Shown one piece after another: positions 55,572 through 63,417 of a stretch of DNA of 64,000 bases. Within the stretch, counting starts at the first letter, position 1. Each line of letters begins with the position of its first letter. Below the pieces are notes generated by a model. That model searched no databases, was not told the DNA's origin, and was given only the letters and a program-made list of their open reading frames with translations. This DNA comes from Tagaea sp. (GTDB lineage Bacteria > Pseudomonadota > Alphaproteobacteria > CACIAM-22H2). Both the position numbers and the translations under genes were made by a program. The stretch spans positions 96,001-160,000 of the forward strand of contig CBDIIB010000003.1 in assembly GCA_965279525.1 (NCBI GenBank), read 5' to 3'.

Positions 55572-57929
55572 TCAGTTTACTACAGACTGCGGTTCGGCTT
55601 CAGTCCACGACGGCACCCCGTGGATCGCCGCGAGAACGACGCTGGGTGTAACCGGGCTGCCGGAAAGTTGGACGCCGAACGGTGTCAACGCGTCCTCGAT
55701 CGCCGAGACGATGGAGGCGCTCATCGGTATCACACCCGCTTCGCCAACGCCTTTTATGCCGAGAGGGTTGAGCGGCGTCGGACTGCTGAGGTGCACGATA
55801 CCAATCGGCGGAATTTCGGTTGCTGTCGGCAGCAAATAGTCCGCGAAATTCGTTGTGAGCGGCTGGCCGTCTGCGCCGTACCTCATCCACTCGAACAGGG
55901 TGTTTCCGATGCCGTGCACGATTCCACCAACGATCTGACCATCCACAATGCGCGGATTGATCATTCTGCCGCAGTCATGTGCAAACGTGACATGCCGAAC
56001 TACCACTCCACCCGTTCCGGTATCGACCTCAACCTCGACGACAGCGCAGCCATTGGCGTAGGTCATCGGATCGATCTGAACATGCTCGGTGACAGATAGC
56101 GACGGGCCGTGATCGTCAAGCATTCGATATCCTGGAAGGCCGCTGACTTGCCGGGCCAGATCGGCAAACGTGATGCGGCGATCTGTGCCGGCGATGAAAA
56201 TGGCGTTGCCCTCAACTGTTAAGTCGCTGCGAGGCGCTTCCAAGAGCTTTGTCGCGAGATTCAGAATCCTGTCCCGCAATTTGCCGGCAGCGACATTTGC
56301 AGAAGAGCCGGCCATCACAGCTTGTCGGCTGTTGAACCCGCCAATCCCTTGGGAAATTGCGCCGGTGTCTCCGGCCACGACAGAAATGTTGCTCATATCG
56401 CCGCCCAGTTCATCAGCCACGATCTGGGCTAGCATCGTCTTGGTGCTTTGGCCCATAGCGGCGGCACCGGTTGCGACCAGGACCTTTCCACTACGATCGA
56501 TCTTTACGGATACGGATTCGTAAGGGCCGCGGCCGGTCGCCTCGACATAGTTTGCGATTCCGATACCGATATAGCGACCCTCGCCAAGTGCCTTCTTCTG
56601 GCGCGCTCGAAACCCAGCCCAGTCTGCCTTCTCAATCGCCGTCGACATTGTGGCTGGATAATCGCCGGTATCCAATGAAACGGGTACGCCGCCACGTGTC
56701 GCGAACGGTCGGCCGAATGGCATCTGACTTGGCCGAACGAGGTTGCGGCGCCGGACTTCGGCTCGGTCGAGATCGAGCTCTCGCGCCACTCGATCAAGCA
56801 GGCGCTCCATCACGAAAACGCCTTGAGGCTGACCTGCACCGCGCACCGGAGTGACTGGCACCAGGTTTGTAAGTGCAGCCAGTCCCTCGATCGAGTACGC
56901 AGGAATATCGTAGGCCAACGGAAGGGCCGACATAGCACCCTGGATCACGGTCAGCCCACGTGCCGTATAGGCACCGTGATCATGTATGGCTTTGCCGCGC
57001 ACGCCCAATATCCGCGCATTTCGATCGACTGCAATTTCTACGTCCCAGTACTGATCGCGTTCCTGAGTCGTCGCCACGAAGTGCTCGTGGCGGTCTTCGA
57101 TCCATTTGACGGGTTCTCCAAGAAGTAGCGCGACGAGTGGGATGATCAGATCTTCGGGATAGAAGATCAGCTTTGGCCCGAAGCCGCCGCCGACGTCGGG
57201 CGTGATCACACGCACGCGATCATCGGAACGTCCGAGCAGATCGCAAATATGACGAAGCGCCGTGTGTGGTGTTTGGGTTGACGACCACAGCGTCAGGACA
57301 TCGTCATGCGGGTTATGCACCGCAGCGACTCCCCGGCATTCGATGGGATGCGCCCCGCCACGATGCTGCCATAGGGCTTCCCTGAAAACGTGGGCAGCGT
57401 TCGAAAACGCCCGGTCAATATCGCCGTAGCCGAGCGTGAACTTCGCTGCAAGATTATGCGGGTGGCCTCGGTGCACCCTCGGTGCGCCTTCGGTCAGGGC
57501 CGAGCGGCAGTCGGCGACAGCCGATAGCGGCTCGTACTCGATCTCGACGAGAGTGGCAGCGTCTTCGGCAACACCGCGACTTTCAGCGACAACGACGGCG
57601 ATCGCTTCGCCGACGTATGTCACTTCACGGTCGGCCAGAATTGGCCGGTGTACATCAAGCTGGTAGGCCGGGCTTGGAAGTGCGACGACCAGTCGATCGT
57701 CCGTCAGGTGGGGGCGCAAATCATCCATAGTCAGGACGGCTCGGACGCCTGGATAGGTCCGCGCCGCTTTAACGTCGATCCGGCCTATCGCCGCATGCGC
57801 ATGCGGGCTTCTTACAAAGGCGATTTCCAGCATTCCGGGGAGCTTTATGTCGTCCACGAAACGACCCGCTCCGCGCAACAATGGGGGGTCTTCGACGCGA
57901 GGTACAGACTGGCCTACGAGCTTATCCAT
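55572..57929 (-). CDS. Xanthine dehydrogenase family molybdopterin-binding large subunit (L3)
   Basis: VGQSVPRVEDPPLLRGAGRFVDD, WSSTQTPH, DVGGGFGPK, loop PVRGAGQPQ, KGVGEAG. Confidence 0.93.
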   Translation of the reverse strand: MDKLVGQSVPRVEDPPLLRGAGRFVDDIKLPGMLEIAFVRSPHAHAAIGRIDVKAARTYPGVRAVLTMDDLRPHLTDDRLVVALPSPAYQLDVHRPILADREVTYVGEAIAVVVAESRGVAEDAATLVEIEYEPLSAVADCRSALTEGAPRVHRGHPHNLAAKFTLGYGDIDRAFSNAAHVFREALWQHRGGAHPIECRGVAAVHNPHDDVLTLWSSTQTPHTALRHICDLLGRSDDRVRVITPDVGGGFGPKLIFYPEDLIIPLVALLLGEPVKWIEDRHEHFVATTQERDQYWDVEIAVDRNARILGVRGKAIHDHGAYTARGLTVIQGAMSALPLAYDIPAYSIEGLAALTNLVPVTPVRGAGQPQGVFVMERLLDRVARELDLDRAEVRRRNLVRPSQMPFGRPFATRGGVPVSLDTGDYPATMSTAIEKADWAGFRARQKKALGEGRYIGIGIANYVEATGRGPYESVSVKIDRSGKVLVATGAAAMGQSTKTMLAQIVADELGGDMSNISVVAGDTGAISQGIGGFNSRQAVMAGSSANVAAGKLRDRILNLATKLLEAPRSDLTVEGNAIFIAGTDRRITFADLARQVSGLPGYRMLDDHGPSLSVTEHVQIDPMTYANGCAVVEVEVDTGTGGVVVRHVTFAHDCGRMINPRIVDGQIVGGIVHGIGNTLFEWMRYGADGQPLTTNFADYLLPTATEIPPIGIVHLSSPTPLNPLGIKGVGEAGVIPMSASIVSAIEDALTPFGVQLSGSPVTPSVVLAAIHGVPSWTEAEPQSVVN

Positions 57930-57988
57930 TCGTCGCTGTCCTTGGGGCGATCCACACTCTTTCGAGTATTTGCGGCGCGCCCTGGTCG

Positions 57989-58978
57989 CTATAGCTTGGG
58001 CATCGAGAAAGTTGACGGATGAAACAGATCCTCTGCCGTCAGGCGGCTGGTCGTAAGCCCCTGCTCTTGGAGATAGCGGGCCAGAGCATCGATTTCCTTT
58101 TGATTCTCGGTGACACCGTACCGCCAGTAATCCTGTCCCAAGATCTCGCGGGTCCGCTCAAGCTCGTCCACCGGCCACGGCAAAGTCGTATAGAGGTGGC
58201 CGAGAGTCTCAAGCCTCGTGTAGCAAAGCTCTTTGGCTTTGGCGAAGGCGCGAAACACGTTGAAGGGAAGCCATGGATGCTCTTCGACAAGTCGCTTGCG
58301 TATCCCGATGAGGTGCATGATCGGGAAAATGGCGGTCTTCATAAAGTAATTTGTCTCGACGATCCTATAGTCCGAAAACAGCCGTCCGACCGCAGGGTTG
58401 GTCTTCAGGCAAGAGGGCGGCATGGCTGATACAAGAGCGTCGATGTCGCCCCGATCGAGCTGAGCCGTCAAGGTGTCGTCGCCGGGAATAGGCGCTACTT
58501 CAACTTGATCGGGCAGATTCAGAGAGACACTGGGTGTACGTCCCGCCTGCTCAAGGCCCCCAGTACGCCAGCGCAAATCGCTTGGGCGGACACGGTATTC
58601 GTCCTGGAGAATGCCGCGCACCCAGACAGCGGCCGTGATCTGGTATTCCGGCACCCCGACAATTCGACCTTTGAGATCTTCGGGACGCTCTATTCCCCGA
58701 TCGCGCCGAACGTATATCGAGGAATGGCGGAAAAGTCTGGAGAGGAAAACCGGGACTGCTACATAGCCATTCTGGCCACGATCGACCTGTGTCATGTGGC
58801 TGGCCATGGAAAGCTCGGTGATATCGAACGACTGATGTCGCAGCGCTCGCGGAAACGCCTCTTCCGGAGGCATTGCAAGTGGAATGATGGTACAGCCATC
58901 GATAGGCGCGCGGCCGTCAAACACGGCGCGTGTTCGGTCATAGTCGCCGCAGGCGAGACTGAGGGTCAGGGTGTGCAT
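57989..58978 (-). CDS. 4,5-dihydroxyphthalate decarboxylase-like protein (second paralogue)
   Basis: LSLACGDYDRTRAVFDG, FDITELS, PVFLSRLFRHSSIY, GVPEYQITAAVWVRGIL, IFPIMHLIG, LPW, QDYWRYG. Confidence 0.85.
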   Translation of the reverse strand: MHTLTLSLACGDYDRTRAVFDGRAPIDGCTIIPLAMPPEEAFPRALRHQSFDITELSMASHMTQVDRGQNGYVAVPVFLSRLFRHSSIYVRRDRGIERPEDLKGRIVGVPEYQITAAVWVRGILQDEYRVRPSDLRWRTGGLEQAGRTPSVSLNLPDQVEVAPIPGDDTLTAQLDRGDIDALVSAMPPSCLKTNPAVGRLFSDYRIVETNYFMKTAIFPIMHLIGIRKRLVEEHPWLPFNVFRAFAKAKELCYTRLETLGHLYTTLPWPVDELERTREILGQDYWRYGVTENQKEIDALARYLQEQGLTTSRLTAEDLFHPSTFSMPKL

Positions 58979-59040
58979 CGTGCCTATGTCCGAAGCCTGA
59001 TTTGAGCATCAGGATGATCGCCTAGTATTGAAATATAAAG

Positions 59041-59077
59041 TGTTCCAAAATTGGACACTAGAGTAATTTTTGGTACA
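59041..59077. promoter_or_regulatory. Island operator motif, tandem copies
   Basis: TGTTCC-AAAATT-GGACAC (59041-59058) and half-site ATTTTT-GGTACA (59066-59077) in the decarboxylase/3HCDH divergent region. Confidence 0.7.
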
Positions 59078-59142
59078 ATCAGTCGAAATCGCCGCCAGTT
59101 GGCGGAGTCCATCCATCAGGAAAATCGACGAAGGGACGACAA

Positions 59143-60123
59143 ATGACCGCAAAAGGCACGATCGCAATCGTTGGCGCCGGGCTGATGGGGACGGCAATCG
59201 CAGCATTGTGTGCCGCCCGAGGCTATAGCGTTGGCCTTTATGATCAGAGCCAGAAGAGCCGTGACGGGTTTGCGGACCGTGCGCGACCCATCCTCGGTCA
59301 TCTCGCGGAATCAAGGAGTGCTCAGGACGAAATCCTTGGCCGAATCAAGTTGCACGATTCACTCGAGAATTGCGTCAGGGGAGCGACGCTTGTCCATGAG
59401 ATCATACATGAAGATCTTGAGGCGAAGCGTGCACTCTTCCATCAGCTTGATGCGATTTGCGCCGAAGATGTAATGCTCGCAACCAACACCTCATCGTTTC
59501 TGCTGAGTGAGATTTGCGCGACTGTTCCCGGACGACGGAGAGTGATCGGCATTCACTATGTGGCGCCGGCGCATTTGATCCAGGCTGTGGAAATCATTAC
59601 GGCTGACTTTACGGCGCCAGAGTTGGTCGAGCGCGCGCTAAAGTTCCTTGAATCCATTGATCACGTTGGAATCGTTTGCAGGGAGTGTCCGGGATTCATA
59701 ATCAATAGAATCCAGTATGCCTTGAAAGCAGAAGTGCAGAAAATCTTGGAAGAGGGTGTGTCTTCGGCACAGGACATCGATACAGCTGTGCGGCTGAGCA
59801 TTGGGCCAAGACTAGCACTTTGGGGCCCTATGATGCAGGAGGATCTGTCGACCAGCAAAAAGACCGTGCTGGCTGTGATGGAATACATACACAATGCGAC
59901 CGGCAGTTCCCACTTCGCACCGTCGCCAGTCCTGAAGCAATTGGCTGAGAGCGGTCAGATAGGTGCATCGGCAGGAGCAGGTTGGTATCGCTGGGATGGA
60001 AGTAATGAGCAGCGTGTACGAGAGCGCGATCGGCAACTTAGCGCACTGCTTGATTGGCTGAAAAAGAATGATCGAGTGAATGCTCTCGGTGCAATCGGCG
60101 AGAACAAGTTGGTCAAGTCGTAG
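59143..60123 (+). CDS. 3-hydroxyacyl-CoA dehydrogenase family protein
   Basis: IVGAGLMG..IA, EIIHEDLEAKR, LATNTSS, GIHY..P..LI..VE, PGFIINRIQ, ID.AV..SIG.R...GP...DL. Confidence 0.9.
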   Translation: MTAKGTIAIVGAGLMGTAIAALCAARGYSVGLYDQSQKSRDGFADRARPILGHLAESRSAQDEILGRIKLHDSLENCVRGATLVHEIIHEDLEAKRALFHQLDAICAEDVMLATNTSSFLLSEICATVPGRRRVIGIHYVAPAHLIQAVEIITADFTAPELVERALKFLESIDHVGIVCRECPGFIINRIQYALKAEVQKILEEGVSSAQDIDTAVRLSIGPRLALWGPMMQEDLSTSKKTVLAVMEYIHNATGSSHFAPSPVLKQLAESGQIGASAGAGWYRWDGSNEQRVRERDRQLSALLDWLKKNDRVNALGAIGENKLVKS

Positions 60124-60404
60124 CGCTAGGCGGGCGTGCAACGCCGAATAAAGAAAATTGAACGGCTGGCCAAAAGTTCGCCAAGGAAAGTAACTTAGAA
60201 TGCAGGGTCTAGTCGTGGCAGCGGTGCTTTATGTAATGTTTTTGTTTGTACTGTTCTATTATTTTGCGACGACAAATTCTGCCTTCTCACCTGGTTCGTA
60301 TTGAGTGTTTCCAGCCGGCACAACTTCACTGTTCGTTGAGTGGAATTATCCGTGCTAAGCGATCTTCCAATGGGTAACCCGAATGGAACTGCCGTTGAGA
60401 TTTT

Positions 60405-60569
60405 ATGATCAAACTTGTGCACACTGCAAAGTTCAAGCACGGCAGATCTGATGTGATACGCGTCGTGCAGGATCTGATGGCCACAGTTGGGCTGTGTGCA
60501 ATTCTCTGGCTTGTGCTGATCTATTTCAGTGCGATGCCAGATTCGATCCTCCCAATCGGTTCACTTTGA
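60405..60569 (+). CDS. Possible 54-aa single-TM small protein
   Basis: Hand translation MIKLVHTAKFKHGRSDVIRVVQDLMATVGLCAILWLVLIYFSAMPDSILPIGSL. Below the ORF-track cutoff; weak RBS. Confidence 0.3.
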   Translation: MIKLVHTAKFKHGRSDVIRVVQDLMATVGLCAILWLVLIYFSAMPDSILPIGSL

Positions 60570-60669
60570 TTGATTTCGCTAGCAGCTTGTTCCCTGTTGG
60601 CGTTCATCACGCCGCATTACACTTTCGGGTGTGAAGGCCCAGTCAGTCGCTTCAATGGACCCGTCAATT

Positions 60670-60686
60670 GATAAGTTGGACTAATC
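60670..60686. promoter_or_regulatory. LysR-type T-N11-A box upstream of the hydrolase operon
   Basis: GATAAG-TTGGA-CTAATC imperfect inverted repeat with T60672-N11-A60684. Confidence 0.4.
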
Positions 60687-60769
60687 TGTCCTAGTAGATC
60701 AAGGTCCCTAATAAAAAATCGGAAGAGATACTAGGTTCGTCGCGAGCTGATACAGCAAGCGAGGGACTC

Positions 60770-61861
60770 ATGACTTCCATCGACATTCGATTTCTTAAAC
60801 TGCAACTTCTGCTGGGTTCCGCCCTGTTGATTTCGACGCCGGCGTTCGCTCAACAGACGGGCAGAGCTGAACCGCTGGTCATCCAGAATCAGGGCAGCTT
60901 CGCGGTCGGCGGATCACTGACGACCGCGCCCGGCACGTTCGATCCTCTCAAGCCGCTTCAGCCGGCCGGGCAGACGTTTCGCGGCGACCATCTGTACGCG
61001 TTCTACCAGGTGCCGATGAACGCCCGCGGCCTGCCCGTCGTGATGTGGCACGGAGCCGGGCAGTTCTCCAAGACCTGGGAGACGACGGCCGACGGGCGCG
61101 AGGGCTTCCAGAACATCTTTCTGCGCCGACGCTTCACGACCTATCTCATCGACCAGCCGCGGCGGGGAAATGCTGGCCGCAGCACGCTCGAAGCGACGAT
61201 TAGGCCGACACCCGACGAACAGTTCTGGTTCGGCCAGTTCCGCGTTGGCATCTGGCCGAACTATTTCGACGGCGTCCAGTTCGACCGCAAGCCGGAGACG
61301 CTCGACCAGTATTTCCGTGCGATGACCCCCAACACCGGTCCCTATGACGCAATCCTGATCTCGGACGGCGTTGCCGCACTGTTCGCCAAAATCGGCCCCG
61401 GCATCCTGATGACCCACTCGCAGAGCGGCGGCCCGGGATGGCTCGCCGCGATGAAGTCGCCGAACGTCAAGGCGATCGTAGCATTCGAGCCCGGTAGCGG
61501 CTTCGTCTTCCCGCAAGGCGAACTGCCGAGTCCGGTGCCGACCGCTTTCGACACGCTCGAAGGCGTGCCGGTTCCGATGTCGGACTTTCTGGCCCTGACG
61601 AAGCTGCCGATCGTCATCTTCTACGGCGACAACATCCCGGCGACGCCGACGCAAGTACCGACGCAGGATGCCTGGCGCGGCCGGCTGGAGATGGCGCGAC
61701 TCTGGCGGGACACCGTCAACCGACACGGGGGTCAGGTGAGCGTGGTTCATCTGCCGGAGATCGGCATCCGCGGCAACACGCATTTCCCGTTCTCGGACCT
61801 GAACAACGTCGAGATAGCCGACCAGGTCTCGAAGTTCCTCGCCGAGAAGAAGCTGGATTGA
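60770..61861 (+). CDS. Exported alpha/beta hydrolase
   Basis: Signal peptide ending PAFA; QGSFAVGG, WHGAGQ..KTWETT.DGREG, IDQP.RG, THSQSG nucleophile, GI.GNTHFPFSDLNN. Confidence 0.88.
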   Translation: MTSIDIRFLKLQLLLGSALLISTPAFAQQTGRAEPLVIQNQGSFAVGGSLTTAPGTFDPLKPLQPAGQTFRGDHLYAFYQVPMNARGLPVVMWHGAGQFSKTWETTADGREGFQNIFLRRRFTTYLIDQPRRGNAGRSTLEATIRPTPDEQFWFGQFRVGIWPNYFDGVQFDRKPETLDQYFRAMTPNTGPYDAILISDGVAALFAKIGPGILMTHSQSGGPGWLAAMKSPNVKAIVAFEPGSGFVFPQGELPSPVPTAFDTLEGVPVPMSDFLALTKLPIVIFYGDNIPATPTQVPTQDAWRGRLEMARLWRDTVNRHGGQVSVVHLPEIGIRGNTHFPFSDLNNVEIADQVSKFLAEKKLD

Positions 61862-61933
61862 CTTGGCGTATCGCGTCCGACGGGAATCCGGATTTTGCCA
61901 ATTACCAATCCCCGATCAATGAGGAGACTTGAG

Positions 61934-62362
61934 TTGAAGAAGGTCACCAGGAATTTGCTCGTCGCGGCCAGTCTGCTTCTAACTGGAGGAGTACCGACTT
62001 TGGCCCATGCCCAGAGCCAGACACCCTCTGCGTCGGGTGCAGCACCGGCCCAACCGCAGTCGCGCGCCCAACAACTGATGGGTGACATTGCGCCCAAGCT
62101 CGCCGAGCTTACCGATGATGTACTGTTCGGCGATGTCTGGGAACGGCCGGGTCTCGCCAAGCGCGACCGAAGCCTGATTACGGTCGCAGCACTCATCGCA
62201 CTCAACCGTCCGGACCAGCTTCGTTCCCACATTGCGCGCGCACGGAGCAATGGCGTGACCGAGCCGGAAATCGTGGAAGCGATCACCCAGCTTGCCTTCT
62301 ACGCGGGCTGGCCCAACGCGATCACCGCGGTCGGCGTCGCCCGCGAGGTTTTCAAGAATTGA
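61934..62362 (+). CDS. CMD family protein with signal peptide
   Basis: GAGGAG RBS before TTG 61934; signal peptide KKVTRNLLVAASLLL..AHA; LFGDVWERPGL.KRDRSL...AFYAGWP. Confidence 0.88.
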   Translation: MKKVTRNLLVAASLLLTGGVPTLAHAQSQTPSASGAAPAQPQSRAQQLMGDIAPKLAELTDDVLFGDVWERPGLAKRDRSLITVAALIALNRPDQLRSHIARARSNGVTEPEIVEAITQLAFYAGWPNAITAVGVAREVFKN

Positions 62363-62408
62363 CGGGACAACCGTGATTGCCCGGAAATCGGCAAATTGAA
62401 AGAGTGAG

Positions 62409-62879
62409 ATGAAATCCAATGTCGCAGTAACCGCTTTTGCCGCTCTCTGTGCCTCAGCGGTGTTAGCCCAATCCGATCCCATGATCGCTGTCACGCGTGC
62501 GGGATCGCAACCGTCCACTGTCGGCCCTACCGAGAACTTCACCGGATCGGTGCGCGTCGACTCCCGCTTTCAGGGAACCGCACCTGCCCGCATCGGCGGT
62601 GCGACCGTCACCTTCGAGCCCGGCGCCCGTACGGCTTGGCATAGCCATCCGCTCGGCCAAACGCTGATCGTCACGACGGGCGTCGGGCTTGTTCAGGGAT
62701 GGGGCGGCCCCATCCAGGAGATTAGGCCGGGCGATATTGTGTGGATCCCGCCGGGCGTGAAGCACTGGCACGGTGCCGGTGCTAGCAACGGCATGTCCCA
62801 TATCGCCTTCTCGGAATCGCTCGACGGCCGGACGGTCGAGTGGATGGAGAAGGTCACGGACGAACAGTATCGACGATAG
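62409..62879 (+). CDS. Cupin domain protein with signal peptide
   Basis: [52 protein letters not shown]. Confidence 0.9.
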   Translation: MKSNVAVTAFAALCASAVLAQSDPMIAVTRAGSQPSTVGPTENFTGSVRVDSRFQGTAPARIGGATVTFEPGARTAWHSHPLGQTLIVTTGVGLVQGWGGPIQEIRPGDIVWIPPGVKHWHGAGASNGMSHIAFSESLDGRTVEWMEKVTDEQYRR

Positions 62880-62916
62880 CGAGTACCAGTTCCGCGAAAT
62901 CCGAGTGAGGGAATTC

Positions 62917-63399
62917 ATGTTGAAGTTTTCAAAGTCGATCGCCTTGGCCAGCTTCGTCGCATGCGCTTTGCTCGTCGTGGGGTGGCAAGCGCATGCCGAG
63001 AGCAATCGGGTTACATTTCCGGAGATCGACAAGCTCGAGCACTACACCACTGTCCGGCGTGGTAACGTGACGGAGCACATCATGACGACACCGGCGGCGA
63101 TCGAGGCGGTGAAGAACCGCCAGCCGGTGCCGGCGGGTACGCATTTCGTGCTCGTCGACTATCGCGAAGGCAAGGTGTTCCGCTACTTCGTCATGGAGAA
63201 AGGCGCGAACTGGGGTGCCGATTACGACGAGCGCCGTCGCACCGGCGATTGGCAGTTCCAGTGGTTCTGGCCCGACCGGAGCATCAACACCAGCGAGAAC
63301 ACGGCCCGCTGCCAGTCCTGTCACCAGAGCCAGGCAGCGAGCGAATACCTGTACACCGGCTATCGCATTCCGCGCTTCGACGGAAAGCCCGTCGAGTAG
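62917..63399 (+). CDS. Cytochrome P460 / c'-beta family protein
   Basis: Signal peptide, P.GT.FV, FVMEKG..WG, GDWQF, C-terminal CQSCH heme-binding motif. Confidence 0.82.
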   Translation: MLKFSKSIALASFVACALLVVGWQAHAESNRVTFPEIDKLEHYTTVRRGNVTEHIMTTPAAIEAVKNRQPVPAGTHFVLVDYREGKVFRYFVMEKGANWGADYDERRRTGDWQFQWFWPDRSINTSENTARCQSCHQSQAASEYLYTGYRIPRFDGKPVE

Positions 63400-63417
63400 G
63401 CGAGGGAGGATGCTGTC

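Noticed and set aside
60195-60440. 81-aa minus-strand ORF
   Set aside because: No RBS or motif and atypical composition; probably spurious.
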